DNA of 64,000 bases, taken from assembly GCA_030265395.1 (NCBI GenBank), contig JARFYF010000064.1, positions 11,316,722-11,380,721 of the forward strand, given 5' to 3'. The DNA is from Rhina ancylostomus (Eukaryota). Made by a program: the position numbers and the translations under genes. Below, piece after piece: positions 14,701 through 29,700 of the stretch. Position 1 is the first letter of the stretch. Each line of letters opens with the position of its first letter. A model generated the notes under the pieces. That model made no database searches, was not told the DNA's origin, and worked only from the letters and a program-made list of their open reading frames with translations.

Positions 14701-17700
14701 GACTGGCTCACGGTCTAACCATTGCTCTCCTGCTATACCACAATATTTGAAGTCAACTTAAATCCATTCCATTTAAAGCTACTGAGAAAAAGCAGACCAG
14801 TTGTCCTGTTATTTGTTTGTCATTTGTTAAATGCAAAATGCAGGAGGGGGTAACTCATTCCCAAGCTGTTCCTCATTAGTAATGGTTTATCATGCCGCTT
14901 TTGAAGGCTAACTAGAAAACCAGATGGTTAAACTATGTTGTCACATTGCTATGGACTTGACTTAAGCTGACGTGAGAGTGAAAAACACTGTAAATAAATC
15001 AATTCTTTATGGTATATTTGAACAGGAAATAACACATCAAAGAAACAAAATACTTTCCTATCATCTTTAAAAGGACGTTGCCTTTCCTGGCACATTGACA
15101 TGTCCACTCTTAGCAGTTCCTATAAAGGCACAGCCATAGTTATCAAGCTCTATGGAGTTAAGGAAATGCAACTACAGAATGAATATAATCAGGCATTTAT
15201 TTGAAATGTAGAGAAACACTTGCATCTGGCCACTGCTCATTTGTAATGTGTGTATTCGATCACATCACCAATTTACAATCCCACAATATGCAAACGAAGA
15301 AGAATTGCACATTCAGCAGTTAATTTAGTTAACATCAATCTGAACAATATTCTCATATTTTTTACAGCATAGAAGGAGGCCATTCAGCCCATTGGGATTA
15401 TGCTGGATCTGAGTAGTCCCATCAGTGCCACTCCCCACATGTTTTTTGAAAAATCTGATACAACTTGGACAACTATGCATTATAAAATAAAAATAATGCA
15501 GTACATTAACTGTTTTTGCAAAGATACTTTTAAATTCTGAATTTCTTCCTCAATTGATCCTTTATTTTCAATGAAGCTCCCAAGACAAGATGTGTTGTTA
15601 AAGTAAATGCAACTTATGAATAAATTTAAAGCCACCTCTTTAAAAAACAACATTGTGATCAATTTCAAATGTTTATTTCCATGTGTTAGGTTTCCTGTGT
15701 TGATGCTTAAAGGTTTATTGAAAGAAAGTTAAAGGACAGTGGAGGGTCAGATGGGGATTAGTGCGATCTGGCTTATTGTTATATATTGCCTTGAAAATAT
15801 CTCAGCCGTTGGGAAACTTACAATGCAGGGGCTGCTCTGTACAACATAGTAACACCACTGGTAACAGGACATAACCACAACACGCCAAATTATTAATGTG
15901 AACACAGACTCTCATAATGGAAAATTTGATGAGGTAGAAGTACACATATGTTTGTACACATATGCACAATATATGCTCAGATTTTCACAGGTGTGTCTAA
16001 TTAAAAAGAAAGAGATCTAAAGCTTTCCAAATTAAGGGTTTTCCATTAATTTACTTTCAAACAAAATTCACCGAGGTATTTAATGTGGTGGTTTGTTTAA
16101 TAAAAATGGCATTATTTAGAAATTTCAAGGAACATGTCATACTATGTCCAACAGTTGAACACATAGCAAATGAGGGATCAAATGCGAAAAGATATAAACA
16201 TAAAGCACTTTAATCCTCAATGGATTTGTTTTAAAGTTGTCATATTGTTTTTTCCTTAAAGAAATTCTCATCATTTTGGATTGTTTGATGTGGTGCAGCT
16301 ATGGGTCTGAAATGTGAATCAAGATTCCACTTCATGTAATAATCTTGGCACAATAAGTGTAGGAGTCAGGCATGGAGAGCACTGAACACCTCTTAAGTGA
16401 ATTTACTTGTTTGCTATCATTAACTATTAGTGAAGGCAAATTATATTGTTTTTATTATTTTTATTCTGAATTAGATGAATAAGTTTAATATTTTTCACAA
16501 CATTGAAGGAGGTCATTCAGCCCATTGACTTTCTGTCAGCTTCTAGAGTGATCACGACAATCCCAGTCCCTCACTTACTTGGCTATAAACTGACCTCCCT
16601 CACCTGCCCATCAACTCTACCTCATTCCTCCCATCCACCTACACTAAGGACAATATACAGTAAATAATTAACCTACCATCCAGGATGTTTTTGTGGTGTT
16701 GGGAAAACTGGGGGAAACACATACTGTCTCAGGATGGCACAGCCAGTAGTGTTGCTCCTTCACAGCTCCAATGACTTGGGTTCAGTCCTGGCCTTTGGTG
16801 CTGTCTGTGGGGAGTTCACACCATCTTTCAGCGACTGTGGGAGTTGCCTGTGGGGGCTCTGGTTTCCTCCCATATCCCAAAGACCTATAGGTTAACTGGC
16901 TGCTATAAATAGTGCTTAGTTTGTAGGTGAGTGGGAGGAGTTGATGGGAATGTGGGGAGAATAAAATGAGATTTGTGTAAATGAATGCTTGATGGTTGGT
17001 TCAGAGTTAGTGAGGGAAAGAGCTTGTCTCTGTGCTGTATTACTCTATGGTTACAGGTAGAACTTGCAAACTCCACACATACAGCACAACCATGCTCCTT
17101 AATCTTTATTGGTGTTCAAAACTAAATTACTACATAAGAGGCAATCACTGACTTTAGGAATTTGTGGCACAAGTTCAAAGCTCTATCAATATGGAAGTTA
17201 TCAAACAAAAAGTTTGAAAGAATGTATTGAAAAGTATAATCTTGTCCTTTACCCCATCAACAAGTTGCACTTACAGAAAAATGTATGTAAAGAAAACCTC
17301 AAGGCAGTCACAGTAGTGTTAACAGAGAAAAATTGATCTGAAGTCACATAGATATAACAACAATTTCCTGATAGATGTGAAAAAGATTGTAAGATTTCTT
17401 TATTAGTCACATGTACATCGAAACACAGAGTGAAATGCATCTCTTGCATAGAGTGTTCTGGGGGCAGCCCGCAAGTGTTGCCACACTTCTGGAGCCAACA
17501 TAGCATGCCCAGAACTTCCTCACCCATACGTCTTTGAAATGTGGGAAGAAACTGGAGCACTTGGAGGAAATCTATGTAGATACGGGGAGAATGTACAAAC
17601 TCCTGACAGATAGTGGCCGGAATTGAACCCAGGTCACTGGCATTGTAATAGCATTACGCTAGCCACTACACTAAGGTGCTGTAACAATGTGGACAGTCAG

Positions 17701-20700
17701 AATTTTTTCTCAGAGTAGGAATGTCAAGTTTGAGGATATGAATTTAAGGTGAGAGGGGAGAGTTTAAAGGAGATGTGCAGGGCAACTTTTACACAGAGAG
17801 TGGTCGGTGCCTGGAATGGGCTGCCGGTGGGAGTGGTGGAAGCAGATATGACAGTGGTGTTTAAGAGGCTGTTGGATAGACACGTGAATATGCAGGGAAT
17901 GGAGGGATATGGATCATGTGCAGGCAGAAGAGAACTAGTTTAATTCAACATTGTGTTCAGCACAAATATTGTGGGCCGAAGGGCCTGTTCTTGTGCTGTA
18001 CTATTCTATGTTCTATGTAATTGAGAGAAGTGAAAAGGAAGCGAGAGAGAGGGGAACTGAGGCAGAGAAGTTTAGGGAGGGAATTCCAGAGCTTAGGCCC
18101 GGAACAGCTGAAGACACAGCCGCTAACAATGAAACAATAAAAACCAGGAATGCTGAAGAGGCCGGAATTGAAGGAGTGCACAGATTGTGGTAACAACTGC
18201 TGTCTACAGTTTGCCAGATCATGTAGCATGTAACAATGAAGTCTCTGCATCTGCTCGGCATGTACAGCAGGCACTCCCGGAATGATGCCCACAAGAACGT
18301 CTCACCTTGAGGAGACTGATAATATTGTTCTGTGCTTTGGTGGCTCTTGTTATACCTGTGCTACACTGCTGTGCTTGGCCAAGCTTAGTGATGTGAGGAG
18401 CCATTGGGAGTATAGGGTAGCCCTTTCCCCCAGGATCTATCCCTCAGCTGCCGAAAGTGTCCGGACTCCCGCAGGATGAAAGAATCCTGAGTGTCCTGGA
18501 AATGTGGCATTCACAATGAGGAAGTTTTCATGATTCACAGTCATCTGCACGTCGAGGGAGTGGAAGCCATTTCTGTTCATAAAAAGGAGCCCATATTGGC
18601 ACACGAGTGCAGCCAAAGAATGCCTGCACTTGTGGGAAGCCAGCAATTCTGGCAAATGCCAATGCCAAGATATCACTTCCACCTCAATGAAATCAAAGTG
18701 TACGACTCATCTATCCATGAACACAGAGCTTGGGTGACCTGTCTCATGCTGCAGTGAGCAGCGCTTTGGGAAATGTGACAGAGATCTGCTGCAGCTGCTA
18801 GGAAAGATCCTGTGGCAAGGAAATTCAGTGTCAGTATGACCTTGACCTCCATAGAGAGAACAGTTCAAGCACAGGAGTGTTTCCAAAGATCTTCCTTTAG
18901 AATGCAGCATACACCTCCAATGGTAGATTTGAAAGAGCTGAACCTACAAAACACATTGTTCAGCAGAGGTCCACGTAGGAGGGATGTGGTGTGTGTGAAA
19001 ACCCTTTGGGAGTAGGCTCTTTACAGGCGGGCAAATCTGCTTCCTGCCCTAAAGCTTTTGACTAGGCATAGGTACAAAGATGCCTCCAGCAACAGAGCTG
19101 CCAACAACGTTCTGCTGAGGCACCCATAGAATGAGAGGAAAGCCAGCCAAACNNNNNNNNNNNNNNNNNNNNNNNNNNNNNNNNNNNNNNNNNNNNNNNN
19201 NNNNNNNNNNNNNNNNNNNNNNNNNNNNNNNNNNNNNNNNNNNNNNNNNNNNCCAAACGCTGGAAAGGGCAGCCACTGTTAGTTTAAGCACACTTTGTGT
19301 AGAGTTTGGAATGTGCCCGAGCAGCCTGCAGTTAGTTCTGATGTGGGCGATGTCAGCAGTTTGTCTATTAAATGGTAAAAAAAGTGACAAACTAGCACCA
19401 GGTGCTCCTGGTTCAGTTGATGTTGGTGCTCAGAAATGAGCCTTACATGAATACTGATGTCATTCAGTGTGCATCTGAAGCTGGGTAATGGTCAGACACA
19501 CTGATGCTGATCGTGACTGGAAACACGCAGTCCAATTTCATGATTCCTGCAATTTCACCTGGAAATGATCACAAATAGATTTATTCCAGGTGAAATCAAA
19601 ATTACATTACCTTGCACTCTTTTGTCAGTGCTACGCAATCCAATGTTTAAGTAATTTTTTCGGCAGAGCAACAGTTCCAAGCCAGTGTTAATGCTCAAAC
19701 CATGCTTTCTCACAACCTTCATCCAACTCATCATGAATTCTTCCAAGTGTTTGTCTTGCTTGCCAAGACTAGAAAATTCTATCTTTGATGAACAAGAGAT
19801 ATGTTCTTTGCAGCAACTGAGGATGCAGGCAGATTCATAAAATTCTAAGAGTTATAGATAGTACAAAAGGGGGTCTATTTACCATAATAGAGAGGTTACT
19901 CACAGGTTTAGGGTCGAAAGTTTGGAGGTGAATTGAGTAAATGAATTTCACCCCAAGTGTGACTGGGAGGGGACAGGAGGAGAGGGTTGTGCTGGACTTC
20001 ACTGCTTGAGGGTTGTTTGGAGTGGAAACATTCATCAGATTGAAAACATACCTGGAAGCACTGTAACCTCTGTAGATGTGAATCAAAAGCTGGGATTCTG
20101 TGGATAGCAATTTTGGCTGGCATGTAAATAATGGGCTGAATGGCATTTCCATACAAATGCCTGTGACTCCCAAAGCCTCAACCACTCCACTGGGTTGTGA
20201 GTTCCGCACCATTGGATTAAGAAGTTAATGAACTGCCATCTTATTGTCATGTGCAGGCTGGGTTTTGCAAGGGAATGCTAGCGGCTCCTCACGTACATGC
20301 CAAGAGGTTCAGGATTTCTCTTACTCACTAACAGCTGTGCAGCAGGAGATCTGCGACTGAGTCCCCAGGAGGTTTGATGATGAAGCACCAAGTTACAGAA
20401 ATTACCCAGCACCAAAGCATGGGAATCTGCTTGAACAGTGAGCTCCATGCCTAAGAATGGCCATAAGGAACTAAGTTGTTTGTATTTTTAGAATGCTTAT
20501 TAATTGTTTGAGTTTGGCTGAAATCTTTTAAGTGTTTCTCTGCTTTAGAGACTTTGAGTCATATAACACAATAAACAGGCCTTTCAGTCCACCAGCTCCA
20601 TTCTGACCATTAAGTACCCATCTGTATTAATGGTATTTACCAGCACGTGGTTCTTAGTGTTCCAGTCAACGATTCAAATGCCCGGCTAGATACTTCAATG

Positions 20701-23700
20701 TTACGAGACAACCTGCCTCCACCACCAACTCAGATAGTGCCTTGCAGATTAGTGTTTTCATTTATTTCAAGTTTTTTAAATGACGAGAAATTCTTTAATA
20801 CTTTGATTAATTTGTAATAGTTTTGGAGTTTTTTTTAATGTTTCTGAATGTCAAGGGTGGGGTTTAGTTGTGTTTGGAAGTTTCTTGCTTGTGGTTCTTC
20901 TCACATCACATCAAATACCATCGTAGTCAAACAGCACAGAAACAGGCTCTTCAGCCCTCAGACTGCGTGCTTGGCATCAACCACCCATTTACTCTAATCC
21001 CATTTTATTCTCACCAACTGCCCTCAGATTTTACACTCACGTATACACTAGGAGCTATTTAAAGTGGCCAATTAACCTAACGACCTATATGCCTTTGGGA
21101 TGTGGGAGTTTCAGGAGGAAACGCACATGGGCATAGGGAGAACATGTAAACCCCACATAGACAGCACTGGAAGTCAGAATCAAGTCCAGGTCACTGGAGC
21201 TGTGGGGCAGCAGCTCCACTAGCCTCCCCAAGGGATGGGATTTACACCTGGAAGGCTCTGCCTATGGTGGGGCCTCTGGCCACAGGGGAAATGACTGCCT
21301 TCATCCAGCAACCTTCAGGAACATGAATGAGCTAAGTTTGGCTGAAGTCTGTGGATCAGCAGTGAAATATGGCAGTTCACCACTGACCACAGAATATTGG
21401 ACATTAACTGTTCTATAATTAGGACCCCTTGCTTTACTTTAGTACAGAAATCGAAATGTCTACACTCTACCTGGTCAAACATTTTCACAGTCTCATGGAG
21501 CTGAGATGCAGATGTACTTGGTACGAATCAAATCTTGGTATGATCAATCCTATGTTGTTTAGTTGGTAAAGTATTTGGAGACTTGTACATGTTGTGTTGG
21601 TCATCTAACTAATTGCATTGGTGAACTAACTAATTGCATGATATAGATTAAATTGCTTTATCTTGAAGTGATACCATTTAACCTTCTTGGCCCAGATGTT
21701 CTAATGTACCTAAAAGATGTGCTAAATTAACACCGCTATTGGCAAGGCCAGAGGCTGTAGACTGGGACGAGACCAGTGTGAGGAGGGAAGGGGCAGGATT
21801 CTGGTGCAGGAGGACATGGGTGATAAGAAAAGAGCTATCCAAAGATGTGCTGAGGGTCAAGGGAGTGGGCATCAGATCCTGGTGCTGAGGTTTAGGGTGG
21901 CGGTGGAGAGGTAAGGGCCACTGGAGACCACGTTCCTTGAGAAGAGAGATAGGGATGGGGGAAGAGGAGGTATCACAGTGAGAGGTGTGACAGGAAATGA
22001 AAGCTTCTAACCAGAGATCTTAGTGAATAGATTGCAGAAGAGATTGAAGGGTTGTGCTGTGGGCCCTTGGAAGACTGAGATGAAGATTGGAGGGTGAAGA
22101 AAGTGGAGGTGGGGGGGGCACGGAATTTGAGACCTAACGATGATCATGCCCAGGACAACACGATGCAAGTACCCCACTGTCCGCCCACAGGACCGATGCA
22201 CAGGGAATGACATCATCCCAAGTACTTTTGGCGTGGAAATAGCATTAGACATGTACAGATGCCTCACCACAAGAGGTACCCAGTCAAATTTCTGCAACCA
22301 TGGAAAAGCAACCTGGAAACATTTGTCATCCACACAGGAAAAGTATTTTCAAACACACAGCATTGAAAAGAAGTGTTTCGTTGACTACTTTGTTACTTTA
22401 ATTTAGACTGAACAGCACAATCAGAAGAGAAGGTTCTAACTGATCCTCTTGGTGCAGAGGCACACTGCACCAGAAAAGCAGGTAATAAATTATATCATTT
22501 TTGGTGCTTTCTTATTGAAGTCACTTCCTTTAAGAAAGTCATTAATGAAAAAATATTCTATAACTTGTACAGATTACTGAGATTTTTTAAAAATTATTTT
22601 CTTGGGATGTGGCTGATGCCGGCAAGACCAGTGTTACTGTCTTTCCCCAACTGCCCTTGAAAAAGTGGTGATGAGCTACCTTCTCAAACCGATGCAGTCC
22701 TTCTGGTGCAGGTACTCCCACAGTGCTGTTGGGGAGGGAGTTCTAGATTTACATACAGTGATGACAAAGGAATGCTGTCAGATTTCCAAGCCTGGATGGT
22801 GTGCAATATGATCCTTACTCAAAAAGTATTCTCATTCAAATAACAATATTTAAAACAACAAAATTCAATGAGAGATGAGCAGCATCTGCTACACCTAGAG
22901 AGCACCGACATTGTTTATATTACTGCTGCAGAACATTCAAACCTGCGCTGGTTTATATTCCACTCTTCCCTGTTCCAACACACAGTAACTGAGCACACAG
23001 TGAGCAAGGAATTAGTAAAATACAGTAGGACTCACAGGAGGGCCACGGGGTCCAATGATTGAGATGCCGGGATCTCCTGGAGCTCCCTGCGGTAGAAGGG
23101 GAAAAGGCAATCAGAATCCATACAGAAAAAGAGTATTGTGGATCTCCTCCAGTTTGTGACGACCTCCTCCTGGAAACCAAATCACAACCAACATTCTGAA
23201 TAAGTGACTACCCATCCTAGCCAAGAATAGACTGTTGCGTATGGAGTTTGAAAATTCAAGCCCGGTGAGCTCCAATCTCAGTTGTAGCATTCAGGGTGCG
23301 CATTGCGTATCACATACACAGTAACAGCCTTTTGTCCTGTTGCGTTTTGGTACATTTTACAAAAAACAGAAAAATATCAAACAATTTTTCACTAAAATGA
23401 AAACAAGGATGCATCTTTCTTTTGTAATCTTACCTAAGCTTTTCATCCCCTTTTTATTTGCCTTTCAATGGTTACTGAAGCACGTACTATCTATCTCCCA
23501 AGAAGATAGTGGACCAGAAATTTATAATATTGCCTGCCGCCCAACAATATGACTGGTCATGATTGAATAAGATAGTTTGTTAGAGTGTCATCTTCCTCTT
23601 TCTCATATTGTTTTCTCCTTGTTGATGCGGGAAGGTTTCTTTCACGAATTCCTATGACACTACTCAGAATCTAAGAGCAAGAGGGGTACCAGTGACATGC

Positions 23701-26700
23701 CTGTGGTGTCTACTTGAGAGAGCTCTGAGTGACCAGGAGCCAGACTACTGCCAATTGCTCTTCTTGCCTGGGCTAACACATTAATAGTCCAAGCAACCGA
23801 TTAGCACCAAAACCCAGGCAGCTTCTCAGGCCCTCCAGTGTACATGTGCTTCTATCATCTTTCTATGTAACAGGAGACACCTGACTTAACACAGGCCAGA
23901 AGTCAGAACTGGCAGTTTATATGTATGATGCTACTGAATGCATCCTTATCTTAATCACGGGAAAATTTTGAAAGCTAAGATTTGTATTATTGCTAAATCC
24001 TTACGAAATCACAACTCCTATTGCTAAGTCGACAATAAGGAGGACTATGCATTAAGGTGATTAACAAAATGCATTCTGAATGCAGTGAAATTGTAGTATT
24101 CTAAAAGCAAAATGGCCATTTTACTCAATTGTGTTTCTGGACATGGAAACAATATTATTTGCACTTTTGCACCTCACTATCATGTACATGGCCAAGCAGT
24201 TTGTCTGTATCTGGTAGCAAGCTGCGTAAAATGTAACATCCACGAGTGCTTTGCGAATATTTCATGATAACGAATGTTTCACGTGTTAAACAAAGTAACC
24301 TTTATTTCAACTCAGCAAAGAATGTGACAGGAACACACTGCAGAAGCGTTAGACTAAGTGCAGCGGACTGACAGCTGACAGCTCCATAGTGTCAGCCATT
24401 GGGACGTGGGCCACCTTGGAACTCGACACCTGCTCAGCCAAATGAGGTAGTCCAAAGTGAGACCCTGACGAATCTGACCTCTTGCTCTGCTGCTGGACAC
24501 ACCGTTAACACAGCAATGGAGCATTGACATACTGAGGAGAGGGGCTACATGCATTTTACAACTAACCCTTGATGTTATACCAGAGAAGGCTGGCTTAAAA
24601 ATGGCTCGTGTCACCAACTGTGTGGAGAAATGTAAATGCAATTATGTCAGTGAATTGTTTAATTTTAATATTTTTAATTATTTATTGGTATTGTAAGGTG
24701 CATTTAATGAAAAGGTATTTTTAAAATTTTGTTGTTTACCTATTTAAATCTATTTGAACATTTTTAAAATCTCTATGATAAATTAAAAAATAATTCAAAA
24801 GTCCTTGAGAAGGTACTCTGTGGTCCGGGTCTGAGGTCTACTAGAAACTTAGAGCCTTCTTGGGGTCTAGGACAGGAGATCAGCTTATTTTGTCCTCCAT
24901 ACTGGAGAAAGCAAACGGGCACAGACTCTGGCCCGATCCAGTCCCACATATTACTAAGACAGGAAAAGGCATTATTTTTAAATGGAGAATCAAAGACCCG
25001 CATTTATAATTAACCAGTGCATCAATGCAAGAACAACCTGGCTTTATGCCATCACTTTGTTGTGTAGATTGGGGATTGGGCTAAATGTGGCAATAGAAAG
25101 AAATAACACCGTGTGATATTTAGTGTGCGTTAGCCGCCTTGGACATGACTACATTTTGCTAGAGAGGGGCTTATTCCACTTTTTTTCTGGATTTGATGCT
25201 GGTAGTGGGCAATAGTTGACTTAAATGGTGAGTAAATGATCCATACCTGTAGCTACTTAGCCATTGTTATTTGGAATGATGGCTGACAGTGCCTCTCTTC
25301 ACAACAACCATGTTTCACCGAGTCCTCGTTAGTACTGTCACTCTGGCTCAATGGAGATATTGCAACCATTGTAAATTTCTAAGTCTATGCAAGGTGCCTG
25401 GAGTACTTGAACAACTAAAACTTGGAGAACTAGATTTTGGTCACTTAATACTGAAACTTGGATTGTGGGCATCTGCAATTACACTCAGTGTGGGTGCCAA
25501 CTCCAGCTCCATGCTATATTTCAACATTGGATCGGAGTGAAGCACATACACAGTCTAAGAGCCTTGACTTTAGAACACAAATCCCACCTAGAGGTTTTCT
25601 GAGGCAACAAAACAAAATTATTTGTGAAAGTTAGTTTTATAGTATTTAGAATTCTTTACATCCCCAAAGCAGATTTAAATAACATATATCGTTCTATCAG
25701 TTTGCAGTTTACTCAATGAATAAACCTAAATTCCACAGAGTTATCTCATGATCCATTCATCGTTTGGCTTGAAAGCAAACCAGATACAGTGGCACCAGTT
25801 TCAAATACACATACAGTCAATCAGCTTCAGGATTATAAACATTGTTCATAGTTAGTAGATTGCAAGTCTTTCAAACCCAATAATGATTTGATGAACTAAT
25901 GTCAGAAAATGAATGAAAGTTATTTAAACAGGTTCTGATGACGATGAGAAATGAGAAATGGATTTCAATAACATGTACAGACACGATACTTGAAATACTT
26001 TTTTGTACATTGAGTATTTTAATTTTCCATTTAAACTTAAAATTGAGCATTTTAAGTTTTGAAGTGGTTGGTACATCAGCAATGACTAACTTTATCATTT
26101 TAAAAGATTCTATAAACCTTATTTGCAAGATATTTGAAATAATTAACATTTGATTTATCCAGAAATTATCCACATCAGTCAATGGGGAGGTGCAACAAGG
26201 CAAGGGAATGTATAATGAATGGAAGGATATCAAGTTGTGTGAAGGGACAGAGGTACCTTGAAGATCCATAAAAATCCATACAGGATAATAAGGTGGTTAA
26301 AAAGGCATATGGAATACTTTTCCAGCTGAGCCACAGGGTACAAGAACAGGGAGGTTATGATAGAACGACATCCAGCGTCAGCTTCAGTACTGTGTACAGT
26401 TCTGGTCACAACATTACAGGAAAGAGGTGATAGAAGAAATGCAGAAGAGGTTCACCAGGATGTTGCCTGAAACGGAGGGCTGTAGTTATAAGAGGAGATT
26501 GGATAGGCTGGGGAATGTAGGAAGCTGAGAGATGACCTTAAAGAGTTTTACAAAATTATGAGGGGCATCAGTATGATAGATGGTCAGTATCTTTTACCCA
26601 GGGTGGGGGAGCCTAGAACTAGAGGGCACAGGTTTAAGCTGAGAGGGAGAAACTTAAAGATCTGAGGGATACGTTTTTCAAACAGAGGGTGATGAATATT

Positions 26701-29700
26701 TGGAACGAGCTGCCAGAGAAGGTAATGGAGGCTGATACTATTACAATATTTAAAAGACATCTGGACAGGTACTTGGATGGGAAAGGAAAGTAGGACACAG
26801 ACCTAATTTTGGGAAACGTAATTAGCATAGATAGGCATCATAGTTGGCGTAGACGAGGTGGGCCATAAGGGACAATTTCTGTACTGTATGTTTCCCTGAT
26901 TCTATGAGGTGATAAGATGTATGAGTCTTGACCGCTAGGGTGGAATTTTATAGAGACTAGGTGAAAAAGAGATATCAGTATAATGGGAAACAATGGGCGA
27001 GCTGTTTACCTGAAGTTGAAAAATTCAGTGCTCATTCCAAAAGGTCACCAAATGTCCAGACAGAAGATGCTGAACCTCTGGTTTATGTAGGGCCTCACTA
27101 TGGCAGTGGAGAAGGCCGCAGACTGACAAATTGGTATCAGGGGGGGATTAAAAGTTAAAGTGGCAGGCAATCTTTTGGGAGAATTAAAGTGGCCAGCAAT
27201 CTTTGTTGGAGATTGATATTCTTTCCCCAGTAAAGGTTTAGGATTTCTTGAAGCCCCCATAATACTTATCCAATTCTCTCTGCCTGTGTTTCTCCAGGGC
27301 TACTGAGTTCAGAATATCTGAGAAAACTTTGGATCTTTCCAAGATTTTTAGCATTGATGGAGAAAGGAGGGGTGGTAATAAAAATGAACAAATTGAATCT
27401 GACACTCCAACTGAGATTTAAATAGCCAGTGTAACTGAATCGAACGCAGAATGATTGTGTTTCATTCCAAGCCGTTGACTCGATTAGATGGAGATGGAGC
27501 CCTTTTGATGGAGGTTAACTCTGTTTCTCTCCCCACACATCTGTCCGACAAGCTGAGCACTTTCAACACTTCTTGTTTCTGCTCTCTGTATTTCTAAGAA
27601 TTTTAGTATCACTACACATAGAGTGATACTACAGCTCTTAAAGAGATTCTTCAAGAGATCCTAAACCTTTACTAGAAAAAGAAAATAAATCCCAGACAAA
27701 ATCACAAACAACAATGAAAGTCATACATCACTGGCACATCCCTCCCCACCATCGGTAGTGTCTACATGAGGCACTGCCTAAAGAAGGCAACATCCATCAT
27801 GAAAGGCCCCCACCATCCAGGCCATACCATTTTCTGGCAGCCACCATCAGGCAGGAGGTACAGAAGCCTGAAGTCCCACACCAGCAGGTTCAAGAGCAGC
27901 TGCTTCACTTCATCCATCTGGTTCTTGAACCGATCTGCGCAACTCTAATCACTACCTCATTCTAGCTAAACTATGACTACTTTGTTCACTTTGCACTGAA
28001 ATAGACCTATTTTTGTTTTAATTGTGTTCTTTCCTGTAAAAATTGTGTATAATTTATGTTTAAATTATGATTTTCTTGTGAATGATTTTTATCTGATTCT
28101 ATGTGCCTGTGATGCTGCTGCAAATAAGTTTTTCATTGCATCTGTGCATACGTGTACTTGTGCATATGACAATAAACTCAACTTTGACTTTTGACTTTGT
28201 ACTGATCTGGACTAATTAACTGTAGGGGTGTTGGAAACAGAATCAACCAGGACTTTCAAAAAGGGAATTGGATATGCTTTTGAGGGAGAATAATTTACAG
28301 GACTATGGGGTAGGAATAGGGTAATAAGATTGATAGGATTGCTTTACCTGGAATCTGCATAGATTTGATGGGATGAATGGCCTCCTGAGCCAGAATTTAT
28401 GATTCTATGACATTATGCCATAATGCCACACAAAATATGGATCATTTAGAAGAGATTTCATGTGACAGCAGATCCTAATACAACTAATTCTGTTGAATGC
28501 CTCACTTGTAATAATTCCAGCAACATAACAAACACAATGCTGCTCCACATAGGTTTTCAATGAAATATAACTAATGTTAGTTAATCTCAAAGTATTTGTG
28601 CAAAACTTTGGCCAGTACTCCCCATGATTGTTGCTTTATCTACATGAAACTCCTAAAATATTTGTTGGGAACCTAAAACCCTCTCTCTTTTGTAACAATC
28701 TTTATATCATTAGCCTTTGTATTCTAATTAGCGCAGCTGACGATGACCAAACCCCATGAGGACCTTTGCCAAGTTATTCTTATCATTCCTAACCAAGAAA
28801 CATTTCCATGTTCTCCAGATGATAGCTATTATACTGCACTGATTGAAAAGTGTCTCCTTATGATGTGCCTGAGGGAAGGTACTAATCTTGTCTTTCTGAA
28901 ACCACATTGCTTTCCTTTCCCAAAGGCTACAATACACCATAAAGGGTATTCTCACTGGCCTGTCTTTTCTGCTTGTTTTCCCTTCCTCTACACTTGGTTC
29001 TCATTTGCAGTAAATACAGACAGGTCACCCCTCAAACTGTAAGATTTAGCTCCTACATTTCTGAATTAAAGGGAGTTCAAGCAGATTATGTTGACTTTTC
29101 TTAAATTCTTTTTGTCATTCTCCATCTTTTATCTAAACAGCAAGGGAAAGGACAAAAAAAAAGATGAAAAAAACAAGTGATTTTGAATAGATAATCTACT
29201 GGGAGAAAATCACCCATTTTCTAAGGTACTTAACGCAGGACATGATGCACAACTGGATAGAAGGGTATGGTATTGAGGAAGGATTCTTATAAATGCAGCT
29301 AATGAAGGTCAAAGGTGACAGCTAGCTTGCTGGTGGTCCTGGGACTGTGAATAGAAAGGGGGAAAACTTACAGATATCAGGTTAAAGTTACAAAGGAATA
29401 GTCACGTGACTGTAAAGATGGTTTGTCTGTTTTGTGATTGAATTAGAGCCATTTCCCATAATAGGCAGCGAGAACTTGATTTACTGAAACATAGAAAATC
29501 CGCATAATGGTCATTGTTGTTCTAATGTAAAACAATATGCAACTGGAAGTTATCAAGCCCATGCTGGTTCAGGTACAATATGTATTAATGTGCATTATCA
29601 GGATAATTTAATATTGTAGCTGTATAAAACTTCAGTTGTGGCTGTATAAAACTTTAGGTAGGCCACATTTGGAGTATTGTGTGCAGGAAGGATGTGGAGG

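Noticed and set aside
19393-19430. APGAPGS in a plus-strand ORF
   Set aside because: Wrong strand for the collagen, no splice signals, and it lies within the transposon region.
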